Source: Nemertoderma westbladi (taxonomy: Eukaryota; Animalia; Xenacoelomorpha). Taken from it: 32,962 bases of DNA. The notes under the pieces were generated by a model that saw nothing but the letters and a program-made list of their open reading frames with translations, made no database searches and was not told where the DNA came from. The stretch spans positions 1 to 32,962 of the forward strand of contig JAUCBJ010007755.1 in NCBI GenBank assembly GCA_032718475.1, in the 5' to 3' direction. Positions 7,801 through 19,946 of the stretch are shown piece by piece. The position numbers were made by a program, and so were the translations under genes. Every line of letters starts with the position of its first letter. Positions within the stretch are counted from its first letter, which is position 1.

Positions 7801-9168
7801 TACTACTACTACTACTAGGATCGGCATGCTGCATTGCAGCTGCATTTTTAAGAATGCTGTGCCGGCTTATCGACAAAATTGCGCCGCCACAACTCCCTAT
7901 CACCCATGACATTTGCTAGATCATCCGGATCTTCAAGGCCAGTGTCCTTTAAGATGCGTCTCAAGAAAGTCATGGGCTGTCCACCATGCTTAATCACTCC
8001 ATGAGGCTGCCAAAGTACAAGATTATTCACAGGCTGCTCCTCACGGCGAAAGCAATGTCCTGCAAAGCGGAAGCGATTTTGTTCAAGTGGCAAGCTTGGG
8101 GGAACCATGAGACACCTCCAATGTTATATAGTGTCTGGTTGGAGATGTGTGCATTGTACTTGACACAATGAACCCGGCGTAGCATTCTTGTGAATGTGCC
8201 ATCCAGAGATTTGGTGTCCTCAGCAGTTAGAACCCAGCATGGACTCCCATAGAGGAGTACTGGAACTGAACCACTGCTGCTCTAAATAATCGGACCTTAA
8301 GTTTCCAATTAATTCTCGGTGACTTCCAAATCCTGGAAATCCTGTTCAAGGCTGCCCATGCCTTTCCCTTACGTATTCGAAGGTCCTCACCTGACTTCCG
8401 GATCCATGATCCCAGGTAACAGAAGTCATCCACAAGCTCAAGCATACCATCTTTTGAGCTTATGCTCATCCATTCAGAGACTTGCTGAGGACTTTCAAAG
8501 TTAACTGTAAAAAGACCAACACTAGAAGCAGCATGTTCTAATGAGCTGAGGAGCCGTTGGGCTCCCTCTAATGATTCTGAGAGTACTCCTAAGTCATCAG
8601 CAAAGTCTAGATCAGTTAGGTACTTGGCAGGATTTCCTCGACTTCTGGAGCGAGTAGGTTGAGATATCATCACCCCATCATCATTATGATGATCTAAGGA
8701 CATGCGTATAACATAGTCAACTACAATTATGAACAAGAATGGTGCAAGTGTGTCTCCCTGGAGGACGCCCCATAACACTTCAAATGGTTCTGTGTCACCG
8801 TCAACAGTAGACACAAATGTTGTCGAACCATCGTATACTGATCTGATTGCTGCAATAATTTCATCAGGAATCCCATATAATGAAAGTATGCTGAACATAC
8901 GTGAGCGAGAGACTGAATCAAAGGCCTTGAAGAAGTCAACAAAGATAACAGCCAGATGCCTGTCTTTCTTTTTTGATAACTCTTCAATTATCCTTCTAAG
9001 TGCCAAAATGGCCTCCATGGTCCCACGACCTTTACGGAACCCATTCTGATTTCCACGGAGCAGTCTCTCAATGGGATCCCAGATGCGATTTAATAGAATT
9101 ATATTGTATAGATTTGCAGCAATCGAGATCAATGAGATTCCACGAAAAGAACCATAGAGTGTTAGGTC
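7801..9168 (-). mobile_element. 5'-truncated RTE-clade non-LTR retrotransposon (LINE), frameshifted RT pseudogene
   Basis: RT motifs FRGISL, NQNGFRKGR, FVDFFKAFDSV, GVLQGDTLAPFLF, DFADD, YLGS; C-terminal RFAGHCFR in the next frame. (TAG)n tail at 7801-7817. 22-bp TSD GCCACATGGA(G/T)TAAGATTGTAC at 7779-7800 and 9169-9190. Confidence 0.93.
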
Positions 9169-9850
9169 GCCACATGGATTAAGATTGTACAGTACAATAT
9201 AGCAACAATGTTGTGTGGTTTTCCCCAAATTTGAACAAACAAAGACCATCAATTAAATAAAATATGCACTTCTACATAATTACCAACGGATTCTTTGATT
9301 TTTTTTAACCCTTGTTTAAATTGACACAATATATCGTATACTATTGTGGTTTTTAAATTAAGTTACTGTAACTGCACAAAATCAATACAGCAAGGCCAAT
9401 TTCATTCTGCAAAAACCTTTCACTAAAATTTAGAGTAAATTAATAAGATTTCACCAGCCATAGTATAATTATAACATTTCGCTGATGGCTCGCAGTTTCC
9501 ATCGTAACAATTAAACACCATCTACAATACTGAAGGCTAGCTGTTCACAATACTTGACATTACATATACTGTATATACAAACTTCTGTACATAAAAACTA
9601 AATAATAGAGCTAACACAGTACATATAGGTTTCCCGCCAAAGTTTATTTCAAACCCTCCAACCGTTTTGTATCTATCCCCCCCCCCCCCCCCCCCCCATA
9701 CTATCATTATTGTTCCAATTCCAATTCCGAAACGAGTTTGTTTCATCCGCAATACATAGAGTATCCTTGTTTCATGGTACTGGGTACTGACGCTTTCCAA
9801 GGTATCATGGGAAAGCGTTTCATAAACAGAGGATGTCAGAAACCAACGGT

Positions 9851-11745
9851 CTACTTTATTTCATTACTTATTCGCGTAACCAACGTTTGTATCTCTTTAG
9901 TTAACGGCCCAACTACCCCAATATATTTCTCGATTTCTTCCGTTTTTATGGCTCCTTTTATTATCTCGTCAACTTCCCATATATTAATATGATTTATCTG
10001 ATCGCTTTGGTTTAAATTAATTTTAAGAATCGTGCCCTTTAGATAACCAACCAGTAAATAACTTGAGTCAGGCTGGAAGGCAATCGACCAAAACCAGTTC
10101 CATTCCCCGCTCGGCCGACCCCTAAACTCCTTTATCTCTCTTCCACCGTCGTCCCCATCGAGCACCCTTATATAAGATACCCCGTCCAGATACCACCCTC
10201 GCACAGCAACCCTCCCACCCTGGGGTTCCCATTTAACCTGCATCCCCCATTTCTTCTGTCCCCATATCTCCTCGCCGGTTTCAAATGAAACACATTTAGT
10301 AAATTCGTATCCCAATACTATCAGTTTCGTACAATCTGAATTAAATGCAATCGAGTATACTTTATCCTGCGGAGCCCAAGAGGAAATTAAAAATAATATT
10401 TTTTTTTGCTAAATCGTGCGAACGACTTACTAAGTCGTACGAATGATCATACTACGTACTATGTCGTGCGATGACTTCAATAATTCGTGCGAACGACTTA
10501 CTACAGTAAGTCGTGCAAACAACTTAACTAACTCCGTGCGAATGACCTTACTATGTCGTGCGACGACTTAGGCATACTACAATTCGTGCACACGGCTTAT
10601 CAAAATCGTGCGAGCGACTTACTAACTATACTTCGATTAAACAGTGCTGTTATATGAGTGGTAAATACATCAGCGGGTTTTTCAATTCAATATCAATAAT
10701 GTAGTTGAAACTAAATAACGGCTAACTCAAATCGGTCTGCAGTCTACCACTAGAGGACGAAATGTCTGAAAGTGAAATCCTTGACCCATTCCGCTATTTA
10801 TGATCAATTCATGCTAAAACATTCTACTACATACATACATATGGAAAACGACAATTTGGCCCTGTATTGAACTGTTTGATAACGCTCGCCTATTTTATGG
10901 CTCGCCCCACAGATATCATTTAAAACAAGACGTCACAAGACTCATCACAATGACTATATTTTAAATGTTAAGAATTAATTAAATGTGCTACATAGATGAG
11001 AATTTATATATTCAATTTTTTAGTGATAATTAAAAGTGAATGAAATTTTGTAAAAAAAAATTATAACATAAGACGTCATATTTAACCAATTAGATTAGAA
11101 ATAGTGAGTCCTTCGCACGACTTAGCAAAAAATATTCTTTTAATGTCCCTTTAAGGGCTCCGTATTATCCTCTTGTTCTAAAAGCACCTTTATAAGTTCT
11201 CCTTTAATGTTCCAATGCTTGACGCTTCCATCATCAGAGCTGCTTACTAACTCTGTCCCTATATTGTTAAAGATCACGTTTGTTACGCAATCGCTATGGG
11301 CGGCCCAAGTAAAATGCGTAAATGAATTATCAGATATATTAATTAAGGAGATTGTTCCATCTCCGCACCCGCTCGCGATTACATTGCTGTCCACGGGACT
11401 GAATTGCAATGTCCGACCTCGTAGTATTGGCGTCTCCGAGTTGATTCTCAGTTCGTCCTCAGCAATGTGGAGTAAAAGTTCGTTTATTTCAACATCCCAG
11501 ACATTTATTCCCCCACCGAACCGACTTCTTACAGACCCAGCTACCCTCTTTGACGCAGGGGACACCGCGCAGCTGTCAATATGCCGGTTATCGGCGTCTT
11601 TAAGTCGATTAATAATCCCGAGATTCGTCGCGTCACAGATAACGGCTCCATCGGAACCGCAGTAAATAAATCGAACCCCGTCCGGGAAATATTCCAAGTC
11701 GCACAATCTGACGACCTTTATGGGAATGTTTGGAGACTCTGCCAT
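9851..11745 (-). pseudogene. WD40-repeat gene, copy A, interrupted by a MITE; reconstructed pre-insertion ORF 363 aa
   Basis: WD repeats (INVWD, LQFSPVDSNVIASGCGDGTISL, AHSDCVTNVIFN..LVSSSDDGSVKHWN, SIAFQPDSSYLLVG). Removing 10368-11164 plus one TSD joins ...LLEQE-DKVYSIAFNSD in frame. Both halves are otherwise open, so it could be functional if spliced. Confidence 0.8.
10368..11164. mobile_element. IS3EU-like non-autonomous DNA transposon (797 bp)
   Basis: Imperfect ~60-bp TIRs TGCGGAGCCC... / ...GGGCTCCGTA. 6-bp TSD TTATCC at 10362-10367 and 11165-11170. Subterminal TCGTGCGAACGACTTAC tandem repeats at ~10415-10625. TAY..RTA ends with a 6-bp TSD fit IS3EU. Confidence 0.8.
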
Positions 11746-11934
11746 TGATCTATAAGGTGTGGAGGCTACATACAGCGCATTAGTTTATAGATGGCGGCCC
11801 TTTTGTGTCGATTTAAAGTGTTTTTATTTAGTGAGTAAACATAACTAAATTAAATAGTTGTAGCCTACTTTTTGTTACATACGACAGTATAGTACAGTCC
11901 AACATGCCTTACTATAAAACCAGAAACACCTATA

Positions 11935-13770
11935 ACTACTACTACATGTACTACAGTACTACTATTGGCAACCTACATTGTAGCTGCATTATATATATTA
12001 AATATATATTATAAATGCTGTGCCAGCTTGTCGACAAAATTCCCTATCCACAACTCCCTATCACCCATGACATTTGCTAGATCATCCGCATCTTCAAGGC
12101 CAGTGTCCTTTAAGATGCGTCTCAAGAAAGTCATGGGCTGTCCACCATGCTTATTCACTCCAAAGCACAAAGTTCTGCACTGGCTGGACCTCACGGCGAA
12201 GCGGAGGCGGCGCAGTTCAAGAGTAAAGCTAGCGGAGACTAATGAAAAACCTCCGATGTTGTCCAATCTCCAGAGTCTGATTGGCGGTGTGTTCATTGTT
12301 CTTGACACAATTATGAATTAACCCGGCGCAGCATTCATGTGTAGTGTAAGTGCTATTAGAGCCCAGCACCGACTCCCATATAAGAGTACTGGAACTACTG
12401 CTGCTCTAAATAATCGAACCTTGAGATTTTGTTTTACTCTATCGGACTTCCAAATCCTAGACAGATTATTTAACGAGCCCATACCTTCCCCTTACGTATC
12501 CGAAGGTCTACACATGACTTCCAGATTCTTGACCCTCAAATAGTAGAAGTCATCCACATGCTCAAGCAGGCCATCCCTGGCGCTTTATGCCCTTATGATC
12601 AGACATTTCTTGAGGGCTGTCAACGATTCACTGTCAAAACTTATGTCCTCTTGGAGTTTAAAAATGACCAACACTAGAAGCAATCTGTTCCAATGAGCAG
12701 AGGAGCCTTTGGGCTCCCTCTAGTGATTCTGAGAGTACCCCTAAGTCATCAATAAAGTCTAATTCAGGCAGGTACATTGCTTGTGTCAGTAGGGGGTTTT
12801 ACCATCACCCTGTATTAAGATGGTCTAAGGACATGCGAAGGACAAAATAACCACAATTATGAATAACAATGGTGCAAGTGGAACTAGGACAATCGCCCCC
12901 TTAGGGCAATTGACCCCCGAGGACAATTGCCCCCGTGACAATCCCCCCCCCCCCATCCCAAGGACAATTGCCCACCAGACAATTGCCCCCCGGGACATCA
13001 TCCCCGGACTATTGCTACCGGACAATTTCCCCCCGGACAATATTTTAAATCTTGGAATCCTTTGAATGTTTTCCTACAGTTTTATGAAATTCAAGTACTA
13101 TTAACCTTGATCACCATTTCTACACATTTAAAATTTTATGTGATTTTCAAAATATCCACGATTTTTTTCTTGAATAATTTGATTGTATTTATGCTAGCAA
13201 TAGCTTTTTTATGACATAATTTAATGGCTTCAGTGCGTTAACATTTTATTTTTATTGTAATGAAATATATCAGTTTGAATATATCGAATCATTGAGCACA
13301 AAAATAATCAAACATGAAATTTTTTATTATATAAATTGGACTTAGCTATATAATATTATTTTTTAGTTTTGTAACAAGTTAGGAACTTGACTAAATTGCT
13401 AGTTAGGAACGACCTTATTTATTTTGCAATTTTCCTTCGGGCAATTTATTCGTTTGGTGGGTAATGTAATTATCCGGGGGCAATTGTCCGGGGGGCAATA
13501 GTCCGGGGGCAATTGTCCGGGGGAAATAGTTCGGGGGCAATTGTCCGGGGGGAATAGTCCGGGGGGCAATTGTCCGGGGGGCAATAGTCCGGGGGGCAAT
13601 TGTCCGGGAGGCAATTGTCCTGTCACGGGTGGAAGTGTGTTACCCCTACCCCTAACCTATAAACTTAATGGGGAATAAGACTTCGAATGGATCTGTGTCA
13701 CCATCTGCATTGGACACAAATGTGGTGGAACAATCGTACAGATATCTGATAGCTGCAAGTGAAGAAAATA
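11935..13770 (-). mobile_element. Older degraded RTE-type LINE relic, same family as 7801-9168, split by a nested MITE
   Basis: Degenerate (TAG)n tail at ~11935-11965. KHGGQPMTFLRRILKDTGLED, DFIDDLGVL and LAPLLFII segments are homologous to the first LINE. Many stops and deletions; homology resumes at 13628. Confidence 0.85.
12880..13627. mobile_element. MULE/foldback-type MITE with modular repeat TIRs
   Basis: Inverted arrays of ~15-bp GGACAATTGCCCCCC units at ~12887-13040 and ~13472-13620 around an AT-rich core. 9-bp TSD GGTGCAAGT (12871-12879) / GGTGGAAGT (13628-13636) duplicating LINE sequence. Confidence 0.8.
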
Positions 13771-15194
13771 TCCAGACGTCTGTCTTTCTTTGTGTTCTAC
13801 CAGCCTGTAACTGATGGTGGTGTAGGTCTGCTACAAAGTTGTGAGTTTTGGGTTGAAATCCAGGTTCCGCACAATTGACAATTGTACCACATGTGTAGAA
13901 CTTTTCTATTCAGTGGTGTGACTTTAAATATATGATAGTAACAATGTGTTGGCAAGACTCCTAGATCTCTTCTATGATAAATATTTAATTATGTATGTAT
14001 ACCATATAAGCCCGTGCTGGAATTATCCTATCACCTATTTACTGGGAAAATACAGCTTCCTTTACAGGTTCATATTCTTCTAAGGACAGCCTGTGTGCCA
14101 TTTGGTACCAATCTTCCGCAAATGGAAAGCATACGCCCTTTCATCAAGCAGTAGTTAAGATTTGTAAATCAGTCCGTTTAGTATCTCCTTATGGTGGGAA
14201 TTTTCCGTTCAGAAGTATACTGCTCTACGGCAATCCTTGGGTGTGGGCTTTTAGTGCTGAGAACACCAACTCCGTGGAAGTTAAATATACCCTTGTCAGC
14301 TTGTTGCATATGTCCAACAACAATGATGTGCTACAGCGGCTTCAAAATGAACCGGTTAATATTATCGTCATGATTATGAAACTGTCTAAATACAAATAAA
14401 TCTCCGGTATGAACAGACGTGTTGGTCTCCCTGGTCCTGGTCAGCCAATAACTTTCCTCCGCCGGCTGTAAAGAAGGACATTGTAGGCTTAAACACATGG
14501 CTGAGTAAATTTTGAGAGGCTTATGTCTGTGTTTGCCGTCGTTGCTTCTTAGTGCAGGACTTCAGGCACATTTTCTCTCATATGGCAATAAAAATTAACT
14601 AGCGAATTAATCAAACAAAATTGCAGGAAGGTAAAGATGTCAATTCGTTTAAATATTCCAATTACCAATGGCAGTGAGAGTGTAATAAAATAATGACACT
14701 ATCTCAGTTGATCTTTGGACTTTGTTTTTCTCTACCGAGTTGAATATATTAAACTAAACTTCCAACCGTAGAAAATTCACCGGTTTGACACACAGGTTTC
14801 GTTGGATTGAGTTGTAGTGGCATATTGTATATAAATTACTAAAACATTATTTTACCAAATATTACTTAATAAATGAAAATATTATGCTATTGAGAGTCTG
14901 ATACCCCACACCCTTTCTCCCGACAATATATTTAAATTATATTTGGAAAAAAGCAACTTACTGTATATCGCAAAAGTTTCCAAGATTACGTACACAACGT
15001 GTAATGGATTTCTCGTGCTCCTTGGCACGATAAGCTCCTAAAACGGCTTTGAATCTCAAAAAAGTTCCAGGTAGTGCTCTACTTTCGCTTAGTGTTTTGG
15101 TTTTCCGGCTAACATAAAATATTTCTACTTGAACACGGTCCTTCAATGACTTGTTATTTACGGACATCCACAACTTTCAATATAGTACAAAAAC

Positions 15195-17559
15195 ACAGTG
15201 ATTTTCTATTCGTCCCAAATAATACTCTATATTGCTTCCTTCTAAATAAATGAAATAGCTTACTGTAACACCGTAGAAAAACCTCTGGGTTGAGGAAAAA
15301 GATAGAAAGCGGGTGAGGGGTGCTTTGGGTCCGTTAGGATCCAAAGTATAGCCTCTAAATAATCCCAAAGGCAGAGAAAATATAAAGTATTTCTAGCCGT
15401 TTTGTTTTGCTAAAAATATGTTTTGCTATATATTATTATACAGTATATAATATTGTTTTGCTAGATATAGGTTTCCCGCCAAAGTTTATTTCAAACCCTC
15501 CAACCGTTTTGTATCTACCCCCCCCCCCCCCCCCCTCCCCCCATACAAAACATTATTGTTCCAATTCCGAACCGAGTTTGTTTCATCCGCCATACATAGA
15601 GTATCCTTGTTTCATGGTACTGGGTACTGACGCTTTCCAAGGTATCATGGGAAGCGTTTCATAAACAGAGGATGTCAGAAACCAACGGTCTACTTTATTT
15701 CATTACTTATTCGCGTAACCAACGTTTGTATCTCTTTAGTTAACGGCCCAACTACCCCGATGTATTTCAAAAAAAAAATTTTTTTTTGATGTAAAAAAAA
15801 TTTTTAACATAAGACGTCATATTTAACCAATTAGATTAGAAATAATGAGTCATTCGCACGACTTAGCAAAAAATATTATTTTAATGTCCCTTTAAGGGCT
15901 CCGTATTATCCTCTTGTTCTAAAAGCAACTTTATAAGTTCTCCTTTAATGTTCCAATGCTTGACGCTTCCATCATCAGAATATTCTAAAAACGCGAAAAT
16001 CGGAGTGGAGAGGAAGCGAGCAGAGTGGAGTAGGGGGGGCGGGCCGTACCTGAAATCGCGAAGGGCCTGAGCGCGTGGGCGCGAGGATTGATCCAAGGTA
16101 AGAACCCGGGCCTTAAATGTGCAGGAAATTACCACGGACAATACCTTGGGTACTAGTGAACGGAAAGTGAAGTACCGGCGCAGCGGTAAGTCTCGTTTGC
16201 CTGACGTGATATTCGGGCTCGGTTCAACCGTCTTCTTAAACCTTCAGCTCAGCAGCTCTCTTCATTTTTTTTTCGTTATTCTAGAACATATCACCCTGGC
16301 AACCCACACCACAGTACTGCCGCGCCTAAAAAAATGCCGCGATATTATGTATATTATTATGTATGTTACGTATATTACATGATATTCGGGCTTGGTTCAA
16401 CCGTCTTCTTTTCAACCGACTTCACCGACAAAAACTCCTACAATACTATCAAAAATTATATTAAAAATATATACATCTTATGGAATGCAACATGGCGAGT
16501 CTCGTGGTATATTTACTTTTTCACGAGATACTTAAATAAGCCCATACCAACGTCATATTCCTGTGTTTTCACTCAACATTATCCATTCAAGATGGCGTCC
16601 ATTCATTTCAATATACAATCTCCCTTCTCATTAACTTATGTTAATGAGTTCTGTACTTCACCTTATGTGACTGCTTCAGGCATTGCGTTGTTGCCTCTCT
16701 CGCCATCTAATATTATTGCATTGATATTATAGGCTGACCGTATGGCGGTTAGGTTTATGGTTGGGGTTGGGGGTTTACAGTGATTTTCTATTCGTCCCAA
16801 ATAATACTCTATATTGCTTCCTTCTAAATAAATGAAATAGCTTACTGTAACACCGTAGAAAAACCTCTGGGTTGAGGAAAAAGATAGAAAGCGGGTGAGG
16901 GGTGCTTTGGGTCCGTTAGGATCCAAAGTATAGCCTCTAAATAATCCCAAAGGCAGAGAAAATATAAAGTATTTCTAGCCGTTTTGTTTTGCTAAAAATA
17001 TGTTTTGCTATATATTATTATATATAATATTGTTTTGCTAGATATAGGTTTCCCGCCAAAGTTTATTTCAAACCCTCCAACCGTTTTGTATCTACCCCCC
17101 CCCCCCCCCCCCCCCCATACATAACATTATTGTTCCAATTCCAATTCCGAACCGAGTTTGTTTCATCCGCAATACATAGAGTATCCTTGTTTCATGGTAC
17201 TGGGTACTGACGCTTTCCAAGGTATCATGGGAAGCGTTTCATAAACAGAGGATGTCAGAAACCAACGGTCTACTTTATTTCATTACTTATTCGCGTAACC
17301 AACGTTTGTATCTCTTTAGTTAACGGCCCAACTACCCCGATGTATTTCAAAAAAAAAAATTTTTTTTGATGTAAAAAAAATTTTTAACATAAGACGTCAT
17401 ATTTAACCAATTAGATTAGAAATAATGAGTCATTCGCACGACTTAGCAAAAAATATTATTTTAATGTCCCTTTAAGGGCTCCGTATTATCCTCTTGTTCT
17501 AAAAGCAACTTTATAAGTTCTCCTTTAATGTTCCAATGCTTGACGCTTCCATCATCAGA
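15195..17559. repeat. Direct duplication with offset ~1.58 kb (15195-~15979 and ~16778-17559) of a mosaic: unique segment + WD40 3' end + IS3EU end + WD40 fragment
   Basis: Near-identical blocks starting CAGTGATTTTCTATTCGTCCC. Both contain the same internal deletion junction with an A-run/T-run filler. Confidence 0.85.
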
Positions 17560-18594
17560 GCTGCTTACTAACTCTGTCCCTATATTGTTAAGGATCACGT
17601 TTGTTACGCAATCGCTATGCAAAAAATAATAACTGAAATGCGAGAAATTAAAGCTGTTAATTAAGTGAAAATAGCAATTGTTTGCGTACGTCTTAATTTA
17701 CCAAGGTCAATTTAATTTAGTTGATAAATAAATGTAAAATATTAAAATATAATAGAGAAATATCAACAGTGTTCACAGAATAGTGTTTAAATAGAACCGT
17801 CACCGAATATTCTAAAAACGCGAAAATCGGAGTGGAGAGGAAGCGAGCAGAGTGGAGTAGGGGGGGCGGGCCGTACCTGAAATCGCGAAGGGCCTGAGCG
17901 CGTGGGCGCGAGGATTGATCCAAGGTAAGAACCCGGGCCTTAAATGTGCAGGAAATTACCACGGACAATACCTTGGGTACTAGTGAACGGAAAGTGAAGT
18001 ACCGGCGCAGCGGTAAGTCTCGTTTGCCTGACGTGATATTCGGGCTCGGTTCAACCGTCTTCTTAAACCTTCAGCTCAGCAGCTCTCTTCATTTTTTTTT
18101 CGTTATTCTAGAACATATCACCCTGGCAACCCACACCACAGTACTGCCGCGCCTAAAAAAATGCCGCGATATTATGTATATTATTATGTATGTTACGTAT
18201 ATTACATGATATTCGGGCTTGGTTCAACCGTCTTCTTTTCAACCGACTTCACCGACAAAAACTCCTACAATACTATCAAAAATTATATTAAAAATATATA
18301 CATCTTATGGAATGCAACATGGCGAGTCTCGTGGTATATTTACTTTTTCACGAGATACTTAAATAAGCCCATACCAACGTCATATTCCTGTGTTTTCACT
18401 CAACATTATCCATTCAAGATGGCGTCCATTCATTTCAATATACAATCTCCCTTCTCATTAACTTATGTTAATGAGTTCTGTACTTCACCTTATGTGACTG
18501 CTTCAGGCATTGCGTTGTTGCCTCTCTCGCCATCTAATATTATTGCATTGATATTATAGGCTGACCGTATGGCGGTTAGGTTTATGGTTGGGTT

Positions 18595-18769
18595 TGTGAT
18601 AACACACTTGTGTTTAGCATGTTGGTTAATGCATACTGTATGTATGTTTTATTTATTTATTTTGTTTCTGCTTTGAAGGCCCTATATAAGTGCCTAGTAC
18701 GAAAGCAATAAACCCTCTATCATCGCGGATTGGTCTCCTTCAATCCACCCGGTCACACTCTCAGCAACA
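18595..18769 (+). mobile_element. Possible short solo LTR (TGT...ACA, 175 bp); copies at +2237 and near 29638; its 3' half lies at 7380-7466
   Basis: TGTGAT start, TATATAAG followed closely by AATAAA, CAACA end. No TSD could be confirmed. Confidence 0.3.
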
Positions 18770-19065
18770 GGCCCTGATTAAGGGCCTGATTAAGGATTAA
18801 CTTCTGTACATAAAAACTAAATAATAGAGCTAACACAGTACATATAGGTTTCCCGCCAAAGTTTATTTCAAACCCTCCAACCGTTTTGTATCTACCCCCC
18901 CCCCCCCCCCCTCCCCCCATACAAAACATTATTGTTCCAATTCCGAACCGAGTTTGTTTCATCCGCCATACATAGAGTATCCTTGTTTCATGGTACTGGG
19001 TACTGACGCTTTCCAAGTATTCATGGGAAGCGTTTCATAAACAGAGGATGTCAGAAACCAACGGT

Positions 19066-19946
19066 CTACTTTATTTCATTACTTATTCGCGTAACCAACG
19101 TTTGTATCTCTTTAGTTAACGGCCCAACTACCCCGATGTATTTCTCAATTTCTTCCGTTTTTTTGGCTCCTTTTATTATCTCGTCAACTTCCCATATATT
19201 AATATGATTTATCTGATCGCTTTGGTTTAAATTAATTTTAAGAATCGTGCCCTTTAGATAACCAACCAGTAAATAACTTGAGTCAGGCTGGAAGGCAATC
19301 GACCAAAACCAGTTCCATTCCCCGCTCGGCCGACCCCTAAACTCCTTTATCTCTCTTCCACCGTCGTCCCCATCGAGCACCCTTATATAAGATACCCCGT
19401 CCAGATACCACCCTCGCACAGCAACCCTCCCACCCTGGGGTTCCCATTTAACCTGCATCCCCCATTTCTTCTGTCCCCATATCTCCTCGCCAGTTTCAAA
19501 TGAAACACATTTAGTAAATTCGTATCCCAATACTATCAGTTTCGTACAATCTGAATTAAATGCAATCGAATATACTTTATCCTGCGGAGCCCAAGGGAAA
19601 TTAAAAATAATATTTTTTTTTGCTAAATCGTGCGAACGACTTACTAAGTCGTTCGAATGATCATACTACTATGTCGTGCGATGACTTCAATAATTCGTGC
19701 GAACGACTTACTACAGTAAGTCGTGCAAACAACTTAAACTAACTCCGTGCGAATGACCTTACTATGTCGTGCAACGACTTAAGGCTTACTATCAAAATCG
19801 TGCGAGCGACTTACTAACTATACTTCGATTAAACAGTGCTGTTATATGAGTGGTAAATACATTAGCGGGTTTTTCAATTCAATATACAATAATGTAGTTA
19901 GAAACGGTTAACTCAAATCGGTCTGCAGTCTACCACTAGAGGGCGA
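19066..19946 (-). pseudogene. WD40 3' half (19066-19581) with truncated IS3EU-like MITE (19583-19946); 5' half missing
   Basis: Matches copy B up to the tandem-duplication junction. Confidence 0.85.

Noticed and set aside
9169-9252. N-terminus of the 341-aa RT ORF
   Set aside because: It lies in and beyond the TSD, so it is flank read in frame by chance; the LINE is 5'-truncated at 9168.
9677-9697. Long poly-C tract, variable among copies
   Set aside because: Simple homopolymer carried along with the duplications; length differences may be slippage or sequencing error.
10415-10625. Repeated TCGTGCGAACGACTTAC units resembling a CRISPR-like array
   Set aside because: Degenerate units with very short, related linkers, no cas genes and a eukaryotic context; they are subterminal MITE repeats.
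11140-11166. 'TEPLKGH' at the end of the 201-aa ORF looks like the GH dipeptide opening the next WD repeat
   Set aside because: It is translated from the MITE terminal inverted repeat; the real continuation is EQE-DKVYSIAF.
11207-11665. 152-aa + strand ORF and its copies, plus other short antisense ORFs within pPolB and the LINEs
   Set aside because: Antisense shadows of real coding sequence with no recognisable motifs.
12825-13626. Collagen-like or Pro/Gly-rich ORFs (PPGQLPPG...)
   Set aside because: These are translations of the 15-bp MULE TIR repeats.
13780-15190. Unique region with short ORFs and an exon-like minus-strand stretch near 14040-14390
   Set aside because: Stops in all frames and no family could be recognised; left unannotated.
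16119-16950. 87-, 132- and 95-aa ORFs repeated identically in several copies
   Set aside because: Identity reflects recent DNA duplication, not selection; low-complexity composition and no motifs.
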